NCBI GenBank assembly: GCA_009103225.1
Contig: RHPI01000975.1
Coordinates: forward strand, 54,880-98,871
Length of the DNA stretch: 43,992 nucleotides
Source: Chlorokybus atmophyticus
Taxonomy: Eukaryota; Plantae; Mesostigma and Chlorokybus algae
Direction of reading: 5' to 3'
The position numbers and the translations under genes are program-made. Under the pieces are notes generated by a model. That model saw only the letters and a list, made by a program, of their open reading frames with translations, was not told the DNA's origin and searched no databases. Positions 12,186 to 22,404 of this stretch are shown one piece after another (the first letter of the stretch is position 1; each line of letters begins with the position of its first letter).

Positions 12186-12275
12186 ACGTGTACTACAAAG
12201 TTAGCATTGGTTCAACATGTGCTGAGGTGACCACCTCAGCACATGTTGAACCAGTGCTAGCTTTGTACTACACAG
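12186..12275. other. Near-perfect ~90-nt hairpin with a 2-nt loop
   Basis: TACTACAAAGTTAGCATTGGTTCAACATGTGCTGAGGTG-AC-CACCTCAGCACATGTTGAACCAGTGCTAGCTTTGTACTA; 3 mismatches in ~39-bp arms. Confidence 0.9.
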
Positions 12276-12583
12276 AACGCAATAAAAATCGATGCCAATC
12301 AAAACCGCCAATGCCAACCACCTTGATGCACATATCGACATAACAGACCAGAACATGCACTGACGCAGAGAAATGTACGCTTCACTATTCCACTGAGCTT
12401 GTGCACTTCACTCTATGTTCTATCCACACAACTATATGAGCGGGTTGGCTTGTGCCTTCACTGTATGCCAATGGAGTACATCACAGCTTTGTGACTCAAA
12501 GCTATGCACCTGTTCCGACGCTTCCAACTTGCATGGCTAGCGCGTTACATGCAGCAGCAGCAGCGGCCAAGCCAACAAAAAAC

Positions 12584-12909
12584 TTACAGGTTGAGAGCTG
12601 TGTAGGTTTGCTGTGCGCGGTGAAAGTCACCGTCAAGGCGGATCTTGGCATCGTTGGTCTTCGTGCCCAAGTAGGGGATGACGGTGGCGATGGACACGGC
12701 AACTTCGTCGACGTGACTCTGCAGTTTGCCAATCTGTAGGGCGACGGGCTGGCCTATTAGAGGGGCGGTCTTAAGTAGGCCGGCCTTGTCGATGAGGATG
12801 TTCAGCAGCTCATGGAGCGCCTGGAAGAACTCCACCAGATCGTTGTACACTACTAGCTGGTCAATAGCGGAGTAGGGTGGCGCCACTTCGATGGACTATG
12901 TGCAGGCTC

Positions 12910-12957
<48 letters not shown>

Positions 12958-13265
12958 GTTGTTGCCACACACGCAAGCACACTTACCACGACGATGTAAT
13001 CGGCGCGAGCTCTAATTTCGGAGAAATCTGTGAAGATATCCACGAAGGGGCCCTCGTTGACGAGGATGAGGGGGCCGTTGACGAGGTTGATTGTCCTGGC
13101 CGTGACCTGCGCCTCCTTGACGCTGCCAACCATAAACTTGATCCCGCGCACCACGACGGAAGGGTCGGACCCCTGCGCCTCCACGGCTACGCTGCTGATG
13201 GCAAGCACCAGCAGCAGGCACAGGCCGGCGGAGGCGGCGCTGGTGGCGAGGCTGGGGCGATCCAT
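12584..13265 (-). CDS. Secreted ~196-aa protein, fungal UVI-1-like; exons 12987-13265 and 12584-12895
   Basis: ATG at 13265, hydrophobic signal peptide (GLCLLLVLAISSVAVEA), phase-0 intron GTAAGT...CATAG (12896-12986) containing (CT)n, TAA at 12584-12586. Motifs INLVNGPLILVNEGPFVDIFTDFSEI and LHELLNILIDKAGLLKTAPLIGQPVA match my recollection of ascomycete UVI-1 proteins (NGPLI..GQGPF..II.GF.DI; HQ.LLNILIGKAGLF..VPFIGQPVA). Confidence 0.82.
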
Positions 13266-13841
13266 CGTCACGGCGCAGCTAGCCCGACATCTGGCTTGCT
13301 GCTGTGCGCGTGGGCGTGAGGGAGCTGAGGGCACAGAAAAACAACACAGCGTCGGGTGGTGCATGCAAGTGGTGCCAGGCATGCACGACACAATGCAGCC
13401 AGCTGCAGCAGCAGCAAGCCGAAGATACACGGCACAGGACAAAGCCGCGACACAAACAGCAGAGCAGCCCCAATGTCATTTCATTGCACTTCTTTACACA
13501 GCATAGCACAGCCAACCCTACACAACCACAACCAAACAGCAGCAACCTTGGCTGCTGCTGAAGCTTGCCGCTGTGTTGCACAAGAGCGTGCGCGAACAAT
13601 GTCCCCGGTGACCTGCTAGCCAGACCAGTCACCACTGCGTTCCCCTTGGACATTGACAACAATGCAAAAAGCGCTTCGGCGCGCAGCAAAAGAACGCATC
13701 TACATAAACGCGGCCCTCACCGCGTTTAAGAATGACATGCATCATCATGTCAGAATCTTACCGGATTTGGATTGCTGGGGGTTTACCCGACCGTGCACAC
13801 GACGGCCCAATCTGCTAGTTTTGCTCAAATTAATAGACCTA

Positions 13842-13888
13842 CCGTATTTAGTTGAATACAACCCCCCCCCTTACAAACAAAGCCCCCC
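13842..13888 (+). mobile_element. Terminus of a second, related pogo-type element running into the assembly gap
   Basis: TA|CCGTATTTAGTTGAATACAACCCCCCCCC...AAGCCCCCC resembles the terminus at 466 (TA|CCGTATTTGCCCGGATAGAAGCCCCCCCCGAATACAAGCCCCC). Confidence 0.7.
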
Positions 13889-14274
13889 NNNNNNNNNNNN
13901 NNNNNNNNNNNNNNNNNNNNNNNNNNNNNNNNNNNNNNNNNNNNNNNNNNNNNNNNNNNNNNNNNNNNNNNNNNNNNNNNNNNNNNNNNNNNNNNNNNNN
14001 NNNNNNNNNNNNNNNNNNNNNNNNNNNNNNNNNNNNNNNNNNNNNNNNNNNNNNNNNNNNNNNNNNNNNNNNNNNNNNNNNNNNNNNNNNNNNNNNNNNN
14101 NNNNNNNNNNNNNNNNNNNNNNNNNNNNNNNNNNNNNNNNNNNNNNNNNNNNNNNNNNNNNNNNNNNNNNNNNNNNNNNNNNNNNNNNNNNNNNNNNNNN
14201 NNNNNNNNNNNNNNNNNNNNNNNNNNNNNNNNNNNNNNNNNNNNNNNNNNNNNNNNNNNNNNNNNNNNNNNNNN
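13889..14274. other. Assembly gap (N run)
   Basis: 386 N. Confidence 1.
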
Positions 14275-14716
14275 CTCAAAAATCAATGGGTAGTATCATG
14301 TTAATTAAATCCCGTAATAATTTTAATCGTATTTAAGATTAAAATCGCTTTTGTACACGGTTGATGGATGTTGATAAATACTTCCATTGTATATCTAAAA
14401 GCCTCTCCCGACTGGTGTAACTGCAGTGTCGCTTTGCTATATACAATAGGGTATAGCCACATGGCGCTTGCAGTCCGTGGCATACTGGCATAAACAATTT
14501 ATGCTAGTACTGGCACGAGGCGCTTGCCCCACGTGAGCGTTGCAAACACATGCACTTACATGCATACACACCCAAGCATGCACAATCATACAAGCTTATT
14601 GCAATCAACCCGCATACAAAGTCAAGGGGGCTGGGCTACGTTCAATGTGCTCAACGAGGCAAGCACAAGACGGTTGCAATAGCGTCTAGCAGTGATAGTA
14701 CTATAACGGCGCTAAA

Positions 14717-14923
14717 GATTAAGGCGGCACTTAATGGCAATTAGGGTTTTACAGTATCATAGCAATTTGACTTGTATTACACACACATGCACTTTTATAG
14801 ATCCCACAAAGTCTAGGCCTTTTCACTGTAGAAAGGCAAAAGTAATGCCAATTACGAACTTTTCACACACTACTCTCGACGACCTCTCAACATGTTCGTA
14901 CATTAACAGTACGGCTACTTAAC
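14717..14923 (+). repeat. Dispersed repeat, copy 1 (copy 2 at 23599-23785)
   Basis: GATTAAGG(C/T)GGCAC..AA(T/C)GGCAAT(T/C)AGGGTTT...TTGACTTGTATT..ACACACATGCACTT.TATAG.TCCCACAAA...GTACGGCTACTTAAC is shared by both copies. Confidence 0.8.
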
Positions 14924-16565
14924 AGCCGCTACATCAGCCTCCCTTTACATAAAAGCTTATGCGACCCGTGAGACCGTCTCTGGCAAAGCCTTCTTCTGAG
15001 CGGGGTTGCATCGACTTCACCATGTTGCTTGACATTTGGGGCAGGCCGCACTTATTGCACTTAAACAAGGTATTGCCACTTTTTTGGTTTCAACTCCCTC
15101 ACCTCCGCACCGGAGCATAAATTGTAAAAGGGCTGAACTGAACTAACCGTAAGAACCGCTGTCGACCGCAATGACCACCGCTACTGGTGAGGGGACTTCA
15201 TTGGATGGCTAGCTTCACGCTCATCAAACCCATATTTACCTCCTCCTCCACCACCAAACTGGACTGCTGAAGTGCTGCTGCTGAAAGCCAAACTACACTG
15301 CTACCGAACTAGCAAACTATGTACCTTGGGCTGCTAATGGGGAAAGTTGTGAATGAGACGCCGCTGAACTCAAGCAGACACTTTAGCATGAGGGTTGGAG
15401 CTGCTCGCGTTGCTGCTCCCTTCATCGGTTGCCATTGCCTTCCCCAGATCGACCAACTGCGCCATGTTATTGGACATTCTTGTGCGCGATTGAGCGCCGC
15501 CGCGGCAGGTGTCTCATGGTTCATGGCCAGTGCTATGGGTTCAGTGAGGACAAGGCAGATGATTAGCGCACTTCAATCCGGTCAGCCGCCGCCATCGCCG
15601 CCTCAATGCCGCCCAGCGGCGCCGTCCTACACCTCCTATCGGGCCAGGCGTCCACGAGCGCTGTTCCTTCTCGAGGATGATGTTCTGGGCTGCTGATGAT
15701 GTGCGCGATGACGCTTTTTGTCGATGTGTTAAGGCTGGGCCTGTTGCAGACAACTATACTTCGCCGAGAAGAGCTCCCACCCAGCATAGCTCAGTGTAGA
15801 GGAAGCTATGTAGGCGACAAGCTACCTAGTTAGGTGATGTGCTCACATGGCCTTCTCACGATAGAAAGCTGCGTGTACGTGTGTATATTCCCAAAACAGT
15901 AAGAGCTATGGGTGCTACCAACAAGTGTGATAGCAGATCATGACTGATGTGTATGTATGCTCAACAATGCAAGCATGCGCAGCTAGTGCGTAAGGCAAAT
16001 GCAATGTGTATGTGTGTGCTCCGTATTCATACACAACAGTAACAAACACACCAGGCTCACGTGTAGCTTTGTATTGCAGAGGTTGGGGCATTGGTCAGTC
16101 CTTGCTTCGTACTCACAGTTTGCTATGTAACAATGTGGCTAAGTCTGCTACTTATACAAGTACAGCCACATCTACTTTTACAACTGTGCAGTCCTAGCAA
16201 CGGCTAGTTGTGAGGTCATACGATATGATCGTTAGAACTTGATGTAGTTCGAGCTAACTTACAACGGAGTACCTACGGTGGTACCCACGGTAGTACTTAC
16301 GACGGTACCTACGACTCACGACCGGCGTAGCAGTCGTACGACGCGCGGCGCGCGACCCTCATGCTAGTAGTAGGCGCGGAAGCCTGCCTAGGAGATTCCT
16401 GCTGACGTTAACGAATAGCATGACACTCCTGCTGCTCCACCATTTAACGGTGCTAGGCAGTCGGATCGCCCGAGGGGCTGTTGCCTGCTAGCCATCAAGC
16501 AAGTCCCGACCCCGTCGGGTGCGACCCGCGTAGAGTCGCGGATTTGCGTTGAAAGTGATGAATCG

Positions 16566-16746
16566 TGGGCATTACTCGGCGGCTCCAACTATTGGCCGGC
16601 GAGTTTCGTTTAATAAATTGATCAATAAGTGATTAACATATATACTTTAACTTAGGGTTTGCCTCTGTTGCTTCACACACGTGTCAAGCAACAGAGGCAG
16701 TTACGGCCGTCACCTCAGCGGCGGCGTTGCTTGCGATCGCCGAAAG
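16566..16746 (+). repeat. Split direct repeat A1 (partner A2 22402-22596)
   Basis: TGGGCATTACTCG.CGGCTC.AACTATT.GCCGGCGAGTTTCGTTTAA...GGCCGTCACCTCAGCGGCGGCGTTGCT...GCCGAAAG in both copies. Confidence 0.92.
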
Positions 16747-16775
16747 GTCGGAGATAGTTTGGGGAAGAGTGCCCA

Positions 16776-18260
16776 ATGCCGCCGAAGAAGCGAGCTGCGG
16801 CTGCGGGCGGGCAGCGTGGCCGGAAGAACGCGGCCATTGAAGCTGCTCAGCCTGCGCAGCCTGAGCAGGCTGCTGAAGATGAACAAGCGGCTGATGAGGG
16901 GAGTAGGCGTGCGTGCAATTTGCGCAAGGCTACGCAGGCTGCTAAGCCGATAGCCTCGCCGCCGCCGCCAAAGTCACGCGTGGAGACTGGTCATGCCAAA
17001 AAAGCGTAACGCTGTGACGTTAGCTCAGGGCGTGACCCTAGAAAACGCTGCACAGCCCTTGAAGGTGGCTGTGAAGCTGCCCAAGGTGCCTCGGCATAGG
17101 CGTAGTAGAGGGGAGGTATTATCCTCTTTAGGGGAGGAGGAAGAGGTGAACAAAAAGCAAAAAGTCAAGAGAAACAAAAGGAGGAAGAAGAAGAGACACA
17201 CGTCCTCCTCGTCATCAACCTCCTCGTCATCCTCCTTCTCTGATGCGGACAGCTCCGACTCTGGAGACAAGCATACCAAGTACATCAAGCACAGGCTTCA
17301 TCAAGCACCTGTCCAGACAGTCAGAGACATATGCTTTGTGGGAGGAGAATCGCACGCGCAAGCTCTCCGCTGACGTGCAAGGCTGCTTCAAGGTAATGGG
17401 CCGCACTCTCTTCACAGGGCCGCCAGTTGCGCAGTTGGTGGCATTCTGTATCAGATGCTCCTCACGCATGTGCACGGAAGTATAGACTTTGCAACAGCCT
17501 TTGCGAGCGGGGCGCGAGGTATCATCAACGATGCTCGCATCAACCGCAAACACAATGAGGCCAAGGTCATCCGCCGCTTGACAAAGCTCGCCAACAGCTT
17601 CCAGGGCAAGGCAGCCATGCAAAAGGCCAAGACTTCTATTCGTCAGTAAGTCTGTTCAACAAATTGTTGATCTGAAAGTTGTCTCACAACATAAACACGC
17701 AATGCGCTGGCATGTGCACACTGCTCAAGCATAAATTACACTATGTGTGCATCATGATTGGCAGCTGCTGATCAATGTAATGGTACAATGCGCGCCTGCT
17801 CATAAACACGCACAATGTGTCTTAACAGCTGCTATCATCTGTGATGGTGCTATGCGCGCCTGTTTAGCAAGTCGCACAATGTGTGCATGTTTTGTGCACA
17901 ACAGTTGCCGTCAGACATGGTGCTATGTGCGCCTGTTCGTTAACATCAGCAGCACCATGTAAACAGTGCAATGCACGCTTGGGTCCTTGTCATGTTTATT
18001 ATGCAGAGCACGTCACTTGTTCATGTGATGGTGCACAGCACCTGTATTGTAGAGTAGTAGCACAACTGGTCGCAATGAGCACAGTCATACCTGCAAGTCT
18101 CCATGGAAGTTTGTTACACATCATATGGATGCAATTGTGCGCCTGCAGGCGCTTTGTTGCAGCAGAAGGGAGCACCCCGTTTCAGCGTGGTCGGGGCCGT
18201 GGTGGTTGCGGCCGCGGTGGTCGTCGTGGTTATGGTCGCAGAGGCGGCTATTACAATTAG
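16776..18260 (+). pseudogene. ORF1 (gag-like) of the YR retrotransposon, frameshifted, probably intron-containing
   Basis: MPPKKRAAAAGG start just after A1, basic and Ser-rich segments, possible donor GTAAGT at ~17646, Cys/His-rich stretch and RGG-rich end. Confidence 0.55.
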
Positions 18261-18636
18261 CAGGCTGTGCTAGTTTAACAACAAGCATAATATGTACCCG
18301 TGCAAAAGCAGCCGCACCTGGCCTTGCAGTGAGTAGTGCAGCCAATACATCTGCTAAGTAGTGCATTGGCAGTGCATGTCAAAGGTGCTGGTGTGTGTAT
18401 CATAGCAATGCGCGAGTGCGCGTGTGCAGTGGAAGTGCATGTCAGGAGGTGCTGGTGTATCATAGCAGCGCGCAACTGCGCATGTATGCATGTTTGGGTC
18501 ATGCACCATAGTGTACTATGTGCAGCTCTTTACTGCAGACGACATCATGTGTGCATGATGCACAGCTGTATGTTGCTGGACAAGTGCAGGTGGCATAGCT
18601 GAAGCTACTAGTCAATTCTGGCATAGCTGAATTGAT

Positions 18637-20460
18637 TTGCATGTGTGCAGACATAGCACATCTAACGAACTGGTCGCTATTAGTGCCATTTTTGACAATG
18701 ACTGCGTGCAAGCAGAGTGGAATCCTGCAATGCCACTATCAGCAGTGGACCCTTTATTTCCACCAGAGAAGCACATTAATGTTATTACACAAGTGCCACA
18801 CACTGTTGCGAGCGTATCTGCTACACAGCAGCAAGAAGACATTCGTTCTATATATGCAGACTTGTCACAAGTGTCCAATGGCTTTGAAGAGTATCCCAAC
18901 TTTGCAACCCACTGGACAGAACAGCTACGCACTGAAACTCTGGATGCGGAGAACTTTGTAGCAGCCTCTTTACAGCAACGGCTTACAGCAAGGACCACTT
19001 GGTTTCAATTGATCATGCAAGGCAAGAAGATATTTGTGCTGGAATCGTTGCGTTACGGGTATCGCTTACAATGGGTGGGCACTCAAACATTTGATAGACG
19101 CAAGTGGGAAAATATACATGCATTGTTGAAGGCAGAAGGCTTCGGTGTTAATGACATTAGAACTATGCTGTCACGCATTCTATGTTTCCCCAATACCAAT
19201 TGTGTTTGGCAATCGCAAGTCCGCCTCCATACATTGTGATTATGTTGTCACTGTATTGGCCAACTTGATCAGAAGCAACCTTTATCGGGAGTGCGCATGA
19301 TGTGGCAGTCGTTACTGGAATAGGTGTAGTTAAGCAGGAGAAACGTTTGAGGCTCATTATGGATCTGAGGTATATCAACCTTTTCTTGCGCCACATCCTA
19401 TTCAGTTATGAGCGGTTACGCGATGTATTGTTGTACACTAAGCGCCATTTATTAGCAAGTGACAGCAGATTTAAAGTCGGGGTATCATCATGTGCCCATC
19501 TATGAGAACAGTAAGCCTTACTTGGCTTTGCGCTATGCTGGAGTCACATACAGATGGAATGTACTGCCATCTGGCATGAATCAAGCATGCTGGCTGTTTA
19601 CGACCTTGACGTTTACTGTCTTCACGCCTTTGCGGGCAATGGGTTTTCCTTGCCTGGCTTATATTGACGACATGCACTTCAGCCATTCTAATTGTTGGCA
19701 TTTGTGCTAGCGCATTCGCTGCGTATTGCGTATGATCAAGACCTTGGCATCTATATTTCTGTGAAGAAAAGCCAATTGTGGCCGGAACAAGTAGTGCAAT
19801 TATTGGGTCTGCTGGTGGACACAGTGGCGGGCTCTTTTGCCGTCCCCTTAAGCAAGTTGGCTAAGCTATTGCAGCTAATGAAAGAATTGGCAGCGGCTCC
19901 CGTATTAACCAAGCGTCACCTGGCACGCATTGCTGGCAAATTGATTGCGCTGAAGCTAGCTTTTGCACATGCAAGCATTTATGCTCGCCATTTGATGCAT
20001 CTGGCGTTGGCCACGGATGCATGGAACGATAATGTGGGTGATATGAACGCTTTCAGACACTTCTGTGATTGGACTGCTGCTGGCTTGCAGACTCACAATG
20101 GCAATGCTTGGTGGAAGCCCCCCATACTGCTTGAGCTGCATGTGGACGCTTCGGGTACAATCGGTTGGGGGGCGACAGGACCTTGGCCTCGCATGGCGGG
20201 CAACTTTAAGCCTGAGCATATGTCACTGCCTTCGGCCGTCAAGGAGGCACTCGCTTATGTGCAAGCATTTGGTGGCGCGCACGCATGCTCTCCAGCGTTG
20301 TACAGTGTGCATGATTGGCGATTGTCAACCAGCAATTCAAATGCTAAACAAGTTGTCTGCTTCTGAGCTTCATGTGCTGCATGCTTTACATCATTGTGGT
20401 CCCTTTGCTCGAAGCGTGATATTGCGCTGACGTGTGTGTGGCGCTCGCGTGATGAGCTGT
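18637..20460 (+). pseudogene. DIRS-type reverse transcriptase + RNase H
   Basis: GYRLQW, GIGVVKQEKRLRLIMDLRYIN, DLKSGYHHVPI, YRWNVLPSGM, LAYIDD, LHVDASGTIGWGA, IGDCQPAIQMLNK. Several frameshifts. Confidence 0.92.
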
Positions 20461-20949
20461 GCGATGCGGATGCAAATTAACTAACAGAGGAGATTGGGCC
20501 CTAACCGCAGACGCAACCGCGCAAGTACAGCAGCATGTTGGACACCCAACATTGGACTGTTTTGCAGCTGATTCGAATAGCAAAACACCTTCTTACTTCA
20601 GTTACACATGCCTGAAAGTTTCGGAAATGCTTCAACTACAAACTAGCGCAATGTTCTTCAACGCTTGGGGGACGGCTTTGTTTGGTGTCACCCGCCATTG
20701 GCTCTCCTGCATGAAGCCATAGCATTATTGCAGTATTACCAGCTGCCAGCTGTGGTGTAAGTGCCTGAAGGGCACTCTGCTGTGTGGTGGCAAGTGCTTC
20801 GCGATTGGCAATTCACATATTGTGAGAGATTAGGCCCACGGCCCGAACGGTTTAAACATGGTGCCCAAGTACCCGAAAACAGCATCAACCCTGGACGCTA
20901 CCCATACATTTGTGCTTTTGTGCATTGGGTAAGCGTACCTTTTGTGTAG
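20459..20949 (+). pseudogene. DIRS-associated N6-adenine methyltransferase-like domain
   Basis: DWALTADATAQVQQHVGHPTLDCFAADSNSK, then (frameshift) FVWCHPPLALLHEAI...VPEGHSAVWWQVL. This matches the DIRS MT pattern DW.L...D.FA..N.K / W.NPP...L / VP.W...WW. Confidence 0.75.
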
Positions 20950-22061
20950 GTAACGGTGCATGATGATAGCACTTCTCCATGTGCCTTGAGCTTGTATTTC
21001 TTCCAGCGTAACACCACACTAGAAGGCGCTCTGAGCGGCACCACGCCTGAAAGAGTGCAACCCAAGGTGCGGCCTATATATGCCACACGCCTTGTAACAG
21101 CGCACAATTGCGTCGTATGCACAGTTATCAGACATGCTATGTTCTTCCCACTTCAACCTGTTCTTGGCAACAGGCCGAAAAAGAGGACCAGCGGTGATGG
21201 CAAAGGAGCTCCCGCGACAGTAGGTTAGATAGGCATAGAGCGCTTCAGAGAACTCCACAGGCAGACCACTACTGCGCACTTGTATGGTGGGTGCGCCTCC
21301 ATTGCTGTAATTCTTGAGATGTGTTACAGTGGCTGTTAGCCCAGAACCTGCCGCTTGTATCTCGTGCATCTGTACACGCGCACCTTCACCACCCCGTTGC
21401 CATATGCACCAAAGGTATAGGCAAAGTGCGTAGTCGCGCCAGAGCACAGCCTTGTCATGTGTGACTGTCAATTGCTGAGGTATGGTAGACAGCTGCTGTT
21501 GGAAGTAGAGGATCAGCGTACGCATGCCATCAATGGCCAATGGCACAGCAGGAATAGGTTGAACTCCTTGCCGAGCAGCAATGTTTGCATATCCTTGGCG
21601 AAACTCGCGCACGTCTATGTACAGAAGCGGGTTCCCTATGGATGTGTTGCTGTCCCAAGGGCTGATGCGCCCTACAAGTCTCAACGAGCATGTGAGATCA
21701 CGTTGTCCAGTGTGGTGCTGGCAATCATGCGATGACCATGGCGGTCGAGCCTGCGAGCTTTGCCAATGTGTGTGTCGGTCCAGTGCCCAGCAAGGTAGCT
21801 TGTAACAACAGCTGGGGTAACATTGGCGACGGCAATGTTGAGCTCAGGATGTTGCAGGTAGTTGGCAAACTCTTGTCAGACGCGATGGCGTTGGTCGTGA
21901 GTGCCATCAGATACAGCTTCACGGCTGATGCGCTCCACTTCCAAAAGCACTGCCGCTGCTCGCTCTCGCAAATTACAGCTGGTGACTTGCTGCGGACGCA
22001 CAGTCGCGCGTGCGGTGCGTTGGGTATCAGCGGTACGTTGCAAGCGCTGTGCGAAGTCCAT
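20900..22061 (-). pseudogene. Tyrosine recombinase of the retroelement, antisense to RT
   Basis: N-terminal ERISREAVSDGTHDQRHRV*QEFANYL...VTSYLAGHW. Catalytic residues WQRGGE (R), HLKN (K), HSFRRGAA (HxxR), GTWRS...HRY (W/Y). Internal stops present. Confidence 0.92.
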
Positions 22062-22235
22062 CTGCACAGCAATCACACACATGGTCAGACAATTGCACAC
22101 AACAATCTGCGCAAGGATCAAATACTATCAGATAGTTAAACACAACTATTTTGATTTGCAACTTTGGCAATACAAATACACAAGGCTTTACACCTACAAC
22201 TCTTCCCTACAGATATATGCTAAGGAGGGGGAGGT

Positions 22236-22404
22236 AGAATGTTCAATGCAATCACAGTTGTTCATCACGTAAGCCATACTTATAACGATGGACGCGCATG
22301 ATCGTAGGGCTTAGGTGTTCTTGCCAAAGTTGGACTGTAGGTAGGATGATGGTTTAAAACAAAAGGAATGTACATCGTTCATTGTGTACAAAGTAGTATA
22401 ATGG
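22236..22404 (+). repeat. Split direct repeat B1 (partner B2 ~22839-23006)
   Basis: CACAGTTGTTCATCA...GCGCATGATCGTAGGGCTTA...CTTGCCAAAGTTGGACTGTA...GTGTACAAAGTAGTATAATGG in both copies. Confidence 0.92.

Noticed and set aside
13653-14336. Long ORFs spanning poly-X (also 39038-40149)
   Set aside because: Artefacts of translating N gaps
14485-14507. Small hairpin ending in CTAG, suggesting a Helitron 3' end
   Set aside because: The CTAG is part of the stem rather than ~10 nt downstream of it, and no Rep/helicase or 5' TC end was found
14741-14750. Telomere-like TTAGGGTTT / AAACCCTAA motifs (also ~16652 and ~39888)
   Set aside because: Single copies, not arrays; no evidence of a telomere, and a telo-box function cannot be supported
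20459-20949. Adenine methyltransferase as part of a restriction-modification or prokaryotic defence system
   Set aside because: It is the usual DIRS/PAT pol-associated MT domain directly after RNase H, inside the element
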